Of a stretch of 64,000 bases of DNA, positions 1 to 12,919 are shown piece after piece. The position numbers and the translations under genes are program-made. Position 1 is the first letter of the stretch. Every line of letters begins with the position of its first letter. The notes below the pieces were generated by a model, which made no database searches, had not been told where the DNA came from, and saw only the letters and a list, made by a program, of their open reading frames with translations. The DNA comes from Dimorphilus gyrociliatus (lineage: Eukaryota; Animalia; Annelida), in the NCBI GenBank assembly GCA_904063045.1, contig CAJFCJ010000009.1, positions 2,294,968 through 2,358,967 on the forward strand. Reading direction: 5' to 3'.

Positions 1-546
1 CGAAATGATAAATTTATTTCCAGAGATGGTACTTTCAATTTAAGTAGAGAACCTGCAAAAGTGTCAGAAATATTCAATGTCGACCCTAGGGAAACTCGAG
101 CTAGATTAGATACTGCACTTTTACAGATACTTGTAGATTATGGTTATGAGTGGGATTTATTAATAAGAAGTATTGAAATAGCAATGAAACGTTATTATGA
201 TTTTGAAAATTTACTACAGTTAAAGAGTATTGTGGATAATCTTGTAATTTTAAAAACTAATGATGTAGCTAACAAATTAAATATTCCGTTAGATTTATCT
301 CCAGCAAGTACTGATTTTCCCCCAAAACAACCCAGAACCTTACAGGATTATAAACATGTCAATGGATTGATAACTGAAGCAAGACGTTGCAAAAATAGGA
401 AGAAATTCTGTTCAAATTTTGCAAACACAGTGATTATCCCATGTGGCTGTTTATATACTTGTAACGAATGCGCAAACTCTATTATATTTTGCGCGTACTG
501 TGGAAAACTAATAAAGTCTACTTTGCGAGTACTAAACATGTCATAG
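1..546 (+). CDS. IAP/BIRC-family protein, 3' part (UBA-like domain + C-terminal RING); 5' end lies outside the window
   Basis: Frame is open from base 1. 'DPRETRARLDT..ILVDYGYEW' is a UBA-like segment typical of invertebrate IAPs. C-terminal RING-like 'CKNRKKFC..PCGC..CNEC..CAYC'. Paralogous to the next gene. Confidence 0.8.
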   Translation, partial: RNDKFISRDGTFNLSREPAKVSEIFNVDPRETRARLDTALLQILVDYGYEWDLLIRSIEIAMKRYYDFENLLQLKSIVDNLVILKTNDVANKLNIPLDLSPASTDFPPKQPRTLQDYKHVNGLITEARRCKNRKKFCSNFANTVIIPCGCLYTCNECANSIIFCAYCGKLIKSTLRVLNMS

Positions 547-672
547 TGTACCAAGCAATGTTTGTTTTGCACACAAGGTTTTATCTCATTTGTCAAACTG
601 CGCATGGTTAAACTGAAACCACACTTTTTGTTACATATATTGTGAATCTTTTATAGTTTCGCTTTTATATTT

Positions 673-2243
673 ATGTTGCACCGACTAGAAAGCTTCGTTG
701 CTGTAAACGATAAAAAAGTTAGAAGAATCAATTTGGCAAGAAATAATTTTTTGTTTGAAAATGGTTTGTTGATTTGTAAAGAATGTAATCAATACATTTC
801 AAGTTATGATCAAGATTTAGACGTTCAATCTATTCATGAACAATCATGTAGTTTTAGTAGAAATCGTCGTGTTAATAAATATAAGAAGGAAACTGTTGAG
901 CGAATATTTAATAATTTTAAAATGAAGTCTGATATAAAGGATAATATGTTAAATGAAGAAAATTTACGATCTACGGTCAGTTTTTATCTTTTTTCTTTCT
1001 TTATATTTAGAATAAAAGACAATTTTCAGATTGAAATATCCTTGGAATATGGTTTTAAAAATTGGCCTTCAGAGATGAAGGAGCTTGTTCCAAAATTAAT
1101 TGAAAGTAATTTGATATATTTAAATGTCGCAGACATTACATATTGCGTCAGTTGTCATCGTACTTTTGATCGTTGGAAAATAAATTCACAACCGCTAACC
1201 AGACACGCCCATGAATCACCAAACTGTAAATTTATCATACAAATGGAGAGTAATATCCTTAAAGATGTTCCAGATGAAATTTTGAAAGAAGTAACTATAA
1301 TAAAAGAAAATATAAATTCCAAATATTTCTTTGAGAATAAACATAAATATTCGTATATTGATAAATATCAAGTTAATTGGTATTCTAAGGAAAAATCCTA
1401 CGTTTCCTATAATAAAAGATACGAATCTTTCACTAATTATAATAATTTAAACACTCGATCAAAACAGTTGTTAGCTGCTTGTGGAATCTTTTTCTGTAGT
1501 CAGTTTAAAATGAAATTCAATATAATTAAATACTTAAAAATTAACTATTTTCGTTTTTTACAGACAAGAGAAATACTACCGTTTGCTATTATTGCGCAAC
1601 AGAATTTAGAAATTGGTTAAATAATTCAAATCCTTTTATAGAACATTCTAAACATTTCCCAACTTGTTTATATCTAATATTGTTGCTGGGCAGAAAATTT
1701 ATTATAACTTATCAAAACAGCAATTATTGCGAAAACGAAAGTAAACTTACAGAAGAATATCACTTAAGCGATGGCTTTAGAAACGTTGATCAAAGAGCAA
1801 CAAGAGCATTGATTGATACTCAAGAGGTAAATTTATTAATTGTTCACGGTTTTGAATGGAATAAGGTTTTAAGATCAATCGAAATATGTCAAAGACAAGA
1901 AAAAGATTGTCTATCACTTCAAAACGTTCTTAAAAACGTCGAAAGATTAACTGAAATACAACGAGAGGAGGATTTATTGATTCCCGGTTACAAGTCTTCA
2001 AATGAAATTAATAATCTACCTACAGAAATACCTAAATCTTACGAGGAACTGAAAAAATTGAATGAAGTCATTGAACAAAGCGGGAAGTGTCAAAACATTA
2101 AAAAAAGATGTTTAAATCAAGCAAAGATACTTTCTTTGCCTTGTGGTTGTATAACTTCATGCGAAGAATGCGCTGACAATATTTTCTATTGCCCAAGATG
2201 TCATCAAATCATACGATCTATGGTGAAAGGTATCCGCTCCTAA
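673..2243 (+). CDS. IAP/BIRC-family protein: 3 BIR + UBA-like + RING (XIAP/cIAP-like architecture)
   Basis: Inferred introns ~976-1029 and ~1499-1563. BIR2 is C-VS-C-x16-H-x6-C; BIR3 after splicing is C-YY-C-ATEFRNWLNNSNPFIE-H-SKHFPT-C. BIR1 is shortened (C-x2-C-x16-H-x3-C). UBA-like 'DQRATRALIDT..HGFEW'; RING 'CQNIKKRC..PCGC..CEEC..CPRC'. Confidence 0.88.
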
Positions 2244-2721
2244 AAGTACTATTTTATACATAATATATAATAAACAACCAGCCTCCTGAATAATTATGAT
2301 CAATAAAAATACTGTACAAAGAATTGATTTAGTTTTCGAGAAATAATATTTATACGAAATAAATAGGCTGAGATTGATTTTAATATAAATGTTTCATAGA
2401 GATTTTTTACTTTATAGTGAAAAGCTATATAACATCTTACAATCGTTGTATTTTCCTATTTATGAATTATTTTAACTTTGATATAAATGATATAACCTTA
2501 TAATGGTAAATTTGTTTATGTATTCAAATAAACTGAATATGGAAATTTGTATTTATACTTTCACTATATAATTTTTGCAGAGATAAACAAAAAATTTGAA
2601 AATTCCATTAGTGCTTTAAGTGTATTTATAAACGCAGTGCGGTAAGGTTAATTTCTCTATTTTTCTAATTTACTTTTTTAATGTTTTAAAATGAATTTTT
2701 CTTTAGAATCACTCCAAAAAT

Positions 2722-3655
2722 ATGTCGGAAGATCCAAGTTACATAGTTAAAGATGCATATTTAAAAGTTAAGAATTTAATGAGAATGGAGCCCAATGTCG
2801 ATGATCAAATCCTGGCTATAATTTCGGCTGGATTTTTTATTAATACGGACGGAGTTTTCTTTTGTCCATTATGTAAATCACAATCCTATGTATTTAGTAA
2901 TTATCCAGACGCCTTGTCTAGACATTATGAAAACTGCTCATTTATTCTTAAAGGAGGATATTGGAAAGAATTTTCTGTAGAAAATAGTTCCATAGTATTT
3001 AAAACGCGTCATAAGCCATATTGTCCGACTTTTAGGCTATTCTGTAAAAGACTAAGGTCATTTCCAGATAATTTGCGATACAATAACAAAAAGACTTATT
3101 CACTGTTGGCCTGTGCAGGATTTTTTTATGACGGTAGGCTTAACTTTTAAAGGTGGTACTTGCTGTAATAACAGTATTCGTATTATAGAGGAGGACTTCT
3201 TTAAGTGTCATCACTGCGGAAAGATTTTTAGGACTCTTAATTCAAAATGCCCACTTGAAGATCATCAAAAATGGTACCCAAACTGTTTTCTCTTGAATAA
3301 TCTAAACAACTATAATAGTAATAATAGTGTCAAAGAAATTATCATTAAACCAAAGACCACGAAAAACCTTGTTCTGCAATCTATTAATAATGGCCGTGCA
3401 TGGACTTCAATATCGAAGCTAATACGCGATTATAATAGTGTGGGGGATCCGCCTCCAGAAGACACACCAAGGCATTTTTGTGAAGCTTATGGAATTAAAC
3501 CTTTAGGATCTTGGAGATGTTACGACAGTGGGATATACCGAGATCTTGAAAGAGGTGGATGTCAGTTCAGTAGTTTTGCGGACGCTTGGGAATCTTTCTA
3601 CCAAATTAATAATAGAGAGCCAAACTCGTCTGAAGAACTCAGATACTACTTATGA
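2722..3655 (+). CDS. BIR-domain protein (2 BIRs) with an unrecognised C-terminal domain and no RING
   Basis: BIR1 C-PL-C-x16-H-YEN-C. 'RLRSF..LLACAGFFYD' joins 'EEDFFKCHHC-x15-H-QKWYPN-C' via a phase-1 intron 3134-3188 (gtaggc..tatag) that reconciles the two ORFs. Confidence 0.82.
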
Positions 3656-3776
3656 TGTCTAGATAAATTAGAATAAATAATTTATATACAATTTTCAAGC
3701 ATTATTTATCTTATTGATTTAAAAATTTTTTTTCAAATTTTTGGAAGTTTTTGCATTGTCGAATGTTGTTCCCAGT

Positions 3777-3785
3777 TTTCCCGCC
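3777..3785 (+). promoter_or_regulatory. E2F-like site (TTTCCCGCC) upstream of FANCI, with a CHR-like TTTGAA on the opposite strand at ~3732-3737
   Basis: Matches the TTTSSCGC consensus ~175 nt upstream of the FANCI ATG. FA genes are established E2F/DREAM targets. Short motif, so it could be chance. Confidence 0.35.
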
Positions 3786-3959
3786 AGCATTAGAATCTAT
3801 AGATTATTTTGGCTGCTTAAATCGGATTTATTACCCAAACTTTATCTCTACTAAATTAGTTATTAACTATTAGGAAGTTGATTTGGAATAAGTTCTCCAG
3901 AATACTTAATTTGATCAAATTGAAGGCTTTCGGCGAGCGATAATAAAAGAAAAATAAAT

Positions 3960-6900
3960 ATGGAAGACACTCTAGCTACCTTTATTAGAAGTCATAAAAA
4001 AAATAATAGACTACCCAACCAAGCTATAGACAAATTAACAAAAGATGAGGTAATATTGCTTATCCATTTTTATCAGCTTTGATTCCAGTTTGATTACATA
4101 AATGTAATATCTTACCATTGCTAGATTCGTTCTCTGATAGAGCTAGCTTGCTCAAAAGGTTCTGTGACAACTTTACTAACAGCTTTATTTAACGGTTTGA
4201 AATGTAAATATACTATAAATTGCGAATTTTTAAACATGTTACTTTATAGCAATAAATGAGGAAGAAAGTGATGATAACAAACACAAAACATTATGGATAT
4301 ATAAATCTTGTTTGTCCTTGCTTGACGAGGATTCTCTAGATCCGAAAAGTTCGTCTGAACTATGCGGAATTGTTCAAATTCAGGTAACAAATATAACTGC
4401 ATTTGATAGAATAAAACCAAGTACAATTCGATTATAGCTGGAGAAAGCATCAACAAACGACCTAGTTAGCCTTTCGTCTTTGTTTATGTCTACTATCAAA
4501 CAGAATACTGTATCATCTAAAAGTTTAGAAATTTTACCGACAGTTTTGTCGATTGTATCTAAAAGAAATGCAGTTGAAAGTGGTGAAAATTCATTTACCG
4601 GAAAAGAATATAAATCTTATTGCCTAAATTCTATATGTGGTTGTAAATGGGATAATAGTGTAGCATTAAAATTGGGATTAATATTCCGAGAAGTTTCTTT
4701 CAGTCCTGAAGAATTAAAGATGCTACTATTGAAGTTTATAAAAATTTTTCCAACGTTGTCTCTAATGGATTTGCCACCACTTGTGTATAATGTTTTGGCT
4801 CTTTCTTCGGAAGTTAGTTTTTCCATTTTATCGTTAAAAAAAGGATTAATGTATTATAAATCTAAATAGGGACATAGAAAGTATGCCATTGAAGGAGTGC
4901 TAAAATTTATCTATGAATTATACATCTTGAGTGAAAATGACACTGAGTCAGTTTTGCTTTAGCTTTTGATAGTATAGATTTTATTTCTTTTCTTATTAAT
5001 AGAGTGGATTCCTCAACAATAGAAGGTAATAGCCGCAAGAAGAGTGACATACGAGAAACGTGCGGGACCCTTTTACTACATTGGTCTACAATACTTAATC
5101 AAGACTCTGAGTTTGGTAAAACACTAATAAAATTTTTGAAAGTTTGTATTGATGTGAAATAGTCGAATGGTCTTATTTAATTCCATAACTGTAACAGACA
5201 TGTAAACTGTCATTTTTGCTGTCACCATTCACTCTTTCGTCGGCTCTTGTTGCGGCAAAGATTCCCAGATATAGTGATCAAGTATGAGATACAAAATTTA
5301 GCAAATATCATATTTTGATATTAGTGATTTGCATCGTTTTTTCCCAGATATATGATCTATTGAAGAATGCGGTACTTACGGTAAATAGGGAATCTATCAG
5401 ATCTGTACATAGTAACTGGTTCAGAAAAGAAGTTTCTGAACATATAGATATTGATCAAACCATGTCGGACTTTGTAGAAAATTGGTTTGTTACCTCCCAT
5501 AATAAAAAACAGTTAAGTAACCCTTTTAACTGACAGCAAAGATTGGGATCAAGTTTGGGAAGAATTAGTAAAATTTGCTTTTTCTCTATTGGATGCCTAC
5601 GGTCCAAGAGGTCTTGCTGTGAAATGCTTAGGACTTAATTCATTTTATTTTTCTGATCGTCAAAAGAGCTGCTTAGTTGGTCAAAACTTATTAAAGCAAT
5701 TTTTCAAGGTTTGTCACTTGTTGATGACAAATGTGCACCATTAAGTCTCTTTCTTTTCAGATTCAACCTATGACAAGAACCGAAGTTTTTGTGAAAATAT
5801 TAGATAAAATTATTACAAAAAGTTCCACCTCAGCTACTCCATATTTAGGTAGATAGATATTGTACATCACATGTCTCTTATAAGAAAGTATTGTTTCAGA
5901 TGTTTTAAATTCTATGGTAGCATGTGGTCCACAGAGTATCTTGGGGGCTCTATCTCATATCAATGAAGTACTTGATCATTTGAGTCAGTTGCCATTTTCA
6001 ACTTCCATTGAAGTTGTGACAACAATTGCCCCATTAATGACATTGGATTTTACATTGAGAGACAGCGTATTTATCGTGCTAAAAAAATTACTCTTTAACA
6101 AGTAAATTTTCAGAATTTTAGAGAAAATCATAAATTATTTTATCTTACTCATCAGATCCCCAGAATGTCGTCAAATTGGTGTTCATGGTTTACTAACCGT
6201 TGTCAGATCTTTCAAGATTCTAGGAGATGTCAGTTTAAGTCAATGTTCTCAGCCGTTCTCTCTAAGCCAGGTTTTCATACTTTAAATATTACAATTGACT
6301 CTTTAATATGAAATCAAATCAATAGATTGATCAGAATTCGCAAACTCCTTTCAATCAATCAGCAAATGAGAATATTTGCTTGGAAGCTCTTGCAAATTTG
6401 AGAAGGGTACTTGATCAACAACCAGCAGTTCGGCTGAAGCTATATGAAGTATGGCTTTGTTTCACATTTTAGACATCCCATATGCATCTATTTTTTTCAT
6501 ATTTCCCTAGGGAACTCATGATTTGATAAAGAAAAATCCCTCTCTATCAAATAATATTGTATCAGTTCTGTTAAATCAGGTTGTATCTATTATATCTGAA
6601 CTTTAAGTACAAATTAATATTACAATGATTCCCTCAGGTGAAAAAATACTGTTTAATGGATGAAGACGAAATTGCTGCAATTAATTTTGACAAATGCATA
6701 TCAACAAAAGAGAGTATTGCCTATGTTCAAGAACCATTCGTACGTTTCACTCTGAGACTCACTTCATCATAAGATAAAATGTGTTAAAATTTCCAGGGCC
6801 AATTAATTGCGGCACTCGTCCACTCCTGCATAAAAATAGAAAAAGATGTAACTGCTGACGACTTTATACTAGATGAGGATGAAGACGAACAGAAAATGTC

Positions 6901-9462
6901 TCAAAAAGCTGAAGATTTTTTAGTTATATTTTGTAAAAAACTGGCGTCCATGACAGTTGAAGATTTTGATTTGGTAACATAAATTTCTATTCGAGATTTT
7001 AATAGTTTTAATCGTCTCTTAATTTAGACTTCTGAAATGGATTTTACTGATAACACTCAAGTGGGAAAGAGAAATCAAATAACCGTGTTTTTGGTTCTGA
7101 ATACTATTGAAGCTTGTCTGGAGTACAATATTAGTTTTCAGGGCTACAGGTAGGCTAAGCTAAACAAAAACTTAGTATAATAAGTTACGTTCAACAGTAT
7201 TAATGCTTCTGAAGAAACATGTAAATTATTTGCTCTATACTGCAAATTGAGATCATTTATGGAAAAATCTGCAAAAAAAAAGGGGAATTCTGCAACCAAG
7301 TGTCCGATAACTTCGGTTTTATCATTCAGATTTATTGTATTAGTAACAAAGACTTTATTCTGGTAAGTATTTAAATGAATAGTATAGTGTCTAGTAAAAT
7401 TAAACATATTTAGCGATAATGATCCTGATCATCAAGATGGCTTGAAACTACTTCGAACTAATGAAGAATTCGTCTTATATATCGTATCATGTCTGGTTCA
7501 AAAATTATCTACTCTAGCTTCTAAGGGAACTTGTGATGGACCTGATGGAAAATTTGAAAACTTCATTGTAAAATTTTTGTATAAAACTTCAAAGTAACTT
7601 GTCATCATTTTACCATTATCGTGCAAATGAACTAATATTTCTTATAAAATAGGTTTTTATATAAGATAGCTTTGAATTATGCTGATGACAATCAGATGGA
7701 ATATATTGATATCAAAAAGATAGGGGGTTTCGCTATAGAAGGTTTGGACTACCTCTTTCAAGCTTTCAGTAAATTCTATCCGGAAAGTTTGAATCCAGTT
7801 TTAACTGATATAGGTTAGCAAAATGCAATTTTGATGTTGTTTCTTTAGTTTAAAATTCATTCATTCCAGACAAAGCTTTGTCTCAAAGATCCTCTTATAA
7901 GGATGCAGCCATCAGTGCCTTCATAGGACGGCTTCAAGGAATACTTTTAAAATTGACCAATATGGATAAAGATGCGGTTCACATTCTTAGTATCATGAAT
8001 ACTCTTAGCTACCACCTTCAGGTCGGATGTGAAACTATGACTGAGTTCGAAAAGTGGTTAGATGAAACATGCAGAGACATTAATCTTTGTAAGAAGTAAT
8101 TTAGTATATTATTTTGCATGTACTAAAATTTCGTCTTTCAGCTAGTGAAATTGTATTTTTAAAGTCCTTATTTTCTATGACATTTATGATCAAAAGAAGA
8201 AATTCAAACTTGGATCCTCTATTGGAAGTAATGTGCAGTAAACTACAAATAATTTTTGGTACTAACCAAGAAAATGCAACAATTGATGAAGACTCTCAGG
8301 AGGATTTGTATTCGTGTCTTAATATTAGATCGGGAGGGCCAATTTTAAACAACATTTTGTCCGAATTGGAGAAGGAGATGGAAGATATGAAGCTGTTGAT
8401 TGCTATGCTTAATCATCAGCTAAAAATGGAGGAGGATTGTGGAGAAAAGTCACAAGAATCTATTGAAAAGAGTATTTGTGGAAAATTGTTTAGGATGGCG
8501 AACTCTTTACAAGATTGTATGCAAAGTGCTCTGCCATTGAGTTGTATCGACAGTATGATTAAAATTTCGACGGAAATTTATAACACCCTGAAATCCTTTA
8601 CGAAATATGTTTGTATTTCAACTCTACTTTTTCTTACGTTAATAATTCTATAAAAACTACAGTTTATCGACGCTCATACAAGTCTCAAATACGTTTTCCC
8701 GAACAAGTTTGAAAGATTGAATAGATACCTGGGCAAAGATTTTAAGAAAGCTTGTTACGACTTTATTAATTACATAAAAGTATTTTGTTTTTCCATTTAT
8801 AGTTTTTATATAATTAATAAATTTTTATTTGCCCTACAGAAATCTCACCATGAAAAAGCTGTTGAAAAGAAAAACGTGGACGCTCGTACAACAAGACAAA
8901 ACAAATTTATTCCTCGACTTATACTCGAGATGGAGCAGTTTGAAAGTCGACTAATAAAATTGGATAAAATTACAAAGAGAGATTTGATGTCAAATTTTAA
9001 AATTAGCACAGCAAGAGATTTCCAAATTGATCCAGAACTCTTAACAAATGCTATTGAAGCTCAGGTAAGGACTAATCAGTTACAAACTCAACTAAATTTT
9101 ATAAGTATAGAGCGATCCGGAATCAAGTTCGGATGACGAAGAAGTTATAGAACCACAAGGAGAAGAATCAGACGAAGTGGTGGCCTCTCAAGATGAAGAA
9201 CAAGAAAATGATGTTCCAACATCCCCAAAAAGGCAACGATTAGATACCAGCCGACAATCTTCAAGAGCAGCTTCTCAAGTAAGCTATTATATCAGGTGTG
9301 GCCAAGACTTAAGCTTTGTACTTTCAGATCTCAAACGTATCAAGGATTAGTAAGGCTTCTAAAACGTCAAGAACATCATCGAGACCAAGAGTTCTAAAGT
9401 CGATGGACAAAAGCAAAGTTGGCAGAAAGAGAAAGTTAGGAATGAGATTGAATACGCGATAA
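3960..9462 (+). CDS. FANCI: Fanconi anemia group I protein (multi-exon)
   Basis: Many short-intron exons, including 'LDDVLDHLSQLP'-type helical repeats such as 'EVLDHLSQLPFST'. C-terminal 'ARTTRQNKFIPRLILEMEQFESRLIKLDKITKRDLMSNFKISTARDFQI' matches the FANCI C-terminal signature (FIPNLI..EQ.E..STSRDFKI). Ends in an acidic/basic tail with stop at 9460-9462. Confidence 0.93.
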
Positions 9463-9693
9463 AGAGAATAATTCGACTTATTGCTTTTCCTCAAATACCC
9501 GCTAACTATGTTTAACACATATATGACAATATATTCTCAGATTTAACTTGCAGTGATTTGCTAAATAAACCTAACTTTTATTTCGAAAATTATATTGGGT
9601 AGCTAAAAATGCATTGATAAGAAATCCAGATAACTGGTTGTATCATAAGCGATTATAGTTAAGTAAAGCTAAGACAACTCTTTTGTAATTGTT

Positions 9694-10698
9694 TTATGTT
9701 CTTTTAATCATTCTCCCGTCCGGATCATCCATCAACCCCTCAAGTCTGGCTTTCTGCGTAATATAAAGTAATGTAAAAATAGCAAATTGTTAAGGTTAAG
9801 AATAAAAAATCTTACATCTATTTTGCTTAGAGGATTTTTAAGATTTCCTCTTGATTGTTTATGAGGAATATAAGGAGTAAGAAAAGCTTCTAATCTAACG
9901 GCCTTTCGTGCTGTTTGTTGGCACCCTATCAAATGATTAGATTCTTCCGATCTATTAGCTTGAAATCTTAATCTCATTAATCGTAGTCTAAAAGAGGAAT
10001 TGTTGAAATTGTATATAATTATTAATAGAGATATTTTCGCAATTATTACCTATTTCTAGCTTCGGCAGCTTTCAATTGTCCATATAGTTTTTCATGCTTC
10101 TCATTTTCATCTATCTCTTCCGGAGGTATATACTTTTGCCTGAAATAAAGAGAAAGATGTTCCGTTTTTTTTGATCATTTAAAAAAAACAAATACAAACT
10201 TTTCTTCCCTTTGTTTTTGTTCATACAAACGCTTTTTAATGGAACTTTGAAGGTCAGTAACCCTCTTTGATGGTTCTTCGTACTGTTTATTAGGATTTGT
10301 ATGTATATCAGCTAATTTATAAGAGTAAATATAACAAAATTACAGCTAAATAGCGACTTCTTAAAGTTGGATGCAATTTCTTTATTTCTTGTGGACTTAG
10401 TTTTTTCCAATTATGAGGAACATATTTATCACCATTACCTCCATCTTCTGCTCCCTAAAAAGAGATTCGTCTTTAATAGAATAAGAACAATATAACTATG
10501 CTTGGGCAAATGTACATTAAATTTAAATATATATGTATTAATAGTACGAAATAAAATGGAAAACTTGTACCATATATAGAACAATTAAGTAATTGTCAAA
10601 TTGGTAAATGATAAGCTAGATGTTGTTATCTATCTATTCAAACAACATTGGCTGATTTAATCGTTAATTAAAATAAATATTTGAAAATATTATACCAT
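9694..10698 (-). CDS. LKAAEAR1: LKAAEAR motif-containing protein 1
   Basis: Spliced reading gives 'KLYGQLKAAEARNRLRLMRLRFQANR..ARKAVRLEAFL', containing the literal LKAAEAR motif. Last exon KARLEGLMDDPDGRMIKRT*. The start (an ATG-only first coding exon at 10696-10698) is tentative. Confidence 0.85.
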
Positions 10699-11435
10699 AA
10701 TGCCGTTATCAACATATAATTTTCTATTTAACTATATAAAACGAACAGATCTAAGATTGTTTATCCCGTTGTTATGCAGCCTATTAAAATAAAAACTGGT
10801 TAGCCTTATGGAAAACATACGAAACTCGAATAGTTTTTTTTTCAATACAATTACTCTATAAGAGTAGCTTGCATAATTTCTAAGAATTGAGTTTATTCTC
10901 TATTTAATCAATAGCAATTAATAAAATTGTTTTGTTTAGTTTTTCAATGAATTATATAGTTTGAAAGAAATGATTATATGAATGAAATAAAGGTGAAATA
11001 ATATTATCTTATCAATAAACTAGATAGATTATTCTGCTGTGGTTTATCTTCAAATCGATTTGAATAAATTACAGCAGTATTTCCAACTGTTATTTTCGAA
11101 AAAACTTATTGTTAGGGTATATAGGATAAAAGCAAAACTATTTCAATATTGTGTTTTATGAATGTTTCTATTATTATGCAATATTTAAGTTAGACTTCCT
11201 ATAAATCACTATTTACTTATATATTGTTACAAAAGGGTAGTTTACTTAGTCAATATGCACAAGATGATATGACAATTAAAAAACGACATATGTGTTGATG
11301 CTTAACCTCGAGCTTTTCTAGAGGTAATTCAAAGCGGTAATCAAACTCTAAGGTTTCAGGCGCGAAATATCCTGGAACAGAACACTTTTCAGCCGATTTC
11401 CGGATGTTGAAAGTTCTTGAAATTAGGAAATAAAC

Positions 11436-12603
11436 ATGGCTAAAAATTCGACAGGTAATTAATTTCTGATATTCATAGATTTAACTATTTATAGTTATTT
11501 TAAAGAAATGATAGAGAATAGTTAATATTTGATAAGATTAGTAAATAACAGGAATATTTCATAATTAGATATAATATCGCCCAATTAAAATGATTTGTTT
11601 TTTAGGTTCAGATAACCACCTTCATATTATGTGGAGAGACAGTGCTTGGACTCCAATGCTGAATCCCTCAAACATATTAGAATATTTTTCGCAAAGTCCT
11701 TTCTATGACAGAACGTGCAATAACGAAATTATAAAAATGCAAAGGTTGAAAGTTAACCAATTACAGAATATGACTGGAATCGAATATTTTTTAATACATA
11801 CCCAAGAACCAATTTTCTACGTAATACGTAAAATTCATAGAAATTCACCAACTCAGAGTTAGTATAAAAACAAAAAAGAAAGGAAAATACATATATAACC
11901 TCTAACTTATTTATAAAGTTATCTTTCGGAACAGCATCTACTATCTGTGATTACTACATAATAGATGGTTCCATTTATCAGGCTCCGGATTTGTCTTCTG
12001 TGCTCAACTCGAGATTGGTAAATTGATATAAATAAATTCATTTGTATTTGTTTTCAACACATTTTTCTAAATACTGCAGCTAAACGCAACTCATAATCTA
12101 TCATCTGCATTTGCTGAGGGTAAACAAAAAAGAAAATTACTATAAATATAGATATAATAAGATTATTAATGTATTCATATAGTAAGATCATATTTCCGTT
12201 ATCATCCTTCTGTTGGATATTGGTGGCAGTTTAAGAATGATCTCTCAGAAAGTAAAGCAGAAACTGTTCCAAAAAATGAAGATTATGGATCGTCTTTTCA
12301 AAGGAATAGAATAGACTTATTATTGAGAGAACAAGCGAAAAAATATCCACCTAAAATATCACAACCTCCACAAGCTGAAAATATGCAATTAGTGGAAAAT
12401 AATCAAACGGAAAAGAAGAGCCATTCAGGTTCATAGAACATTTTATATAGTGATTCCTGTGTATTTTTTTTCATTACTACTGTTTATAAACGAAAATGAT
12501 ACAAACAAATTTATTTAAAACAGTTGCAGAGGATTCTAAGCCCATATTATCTAATTCATCAATGCCGCCTCCGGGAAAAAAGCCAAAAATGATGATGCAT
12601 TAG
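11436..12603 (+). CDS. MED6: Mediator complex subunit 6
   Basis: 'HIMWRDSAW..LNPSNILEYFSQSPFYDRTCNNEIIKMQR', 'CDYYIIDGSIYQAPDLSSVLNSRL' and 'YFRYHPSVGYWWQF' across short GT-AG introns. Confidence 0.96.
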
Positions 12604-12919
12604 CTTGGGACCTTCTTGCGAACATAAATTCTATCATTTGAAAAAAGATTTTTTAGTTAATGTATTTTTTTCTCTTTTTCGTTAGAGATTTAATAAAGAG
12701 ACGCTTTAAGTTGATCGTACAATCAATGACTTAATCAGCCAGGAGATGTCGCTAAGTGTTGCCAGTTCGATAAAATGTACAGTATATTCTTCCATAAGCA
12801 AACTGAAATACCGGAAGTACCAAAATTCGAGTTTACGGGGAAATTAAAAAAAAATATGAGCTAAACTGGCTTACAATTTGAAATACGTTTTGTCTCAACT
12901 CATTCCATCGCTCAATAAA

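Noticed and set aside
348-605. Minus-strand 85-aa ORF
   Set aside because: Antisense shadow of the IAP RING exon; no motif.
3113-3150. Apparent frameshift or pseudogenisation between the two BIR ORFs
   Set aside because: Resolved by a 55-nt phase-1 GT-AG intron (3134-3188).
10696-10715. ATG TTG ATA ACG GCA TTA TGG resembling an MRPL57-like start
   Set aside because: The downstream exons encode LKAAEAR1, and that frame does not splice in phase with them.
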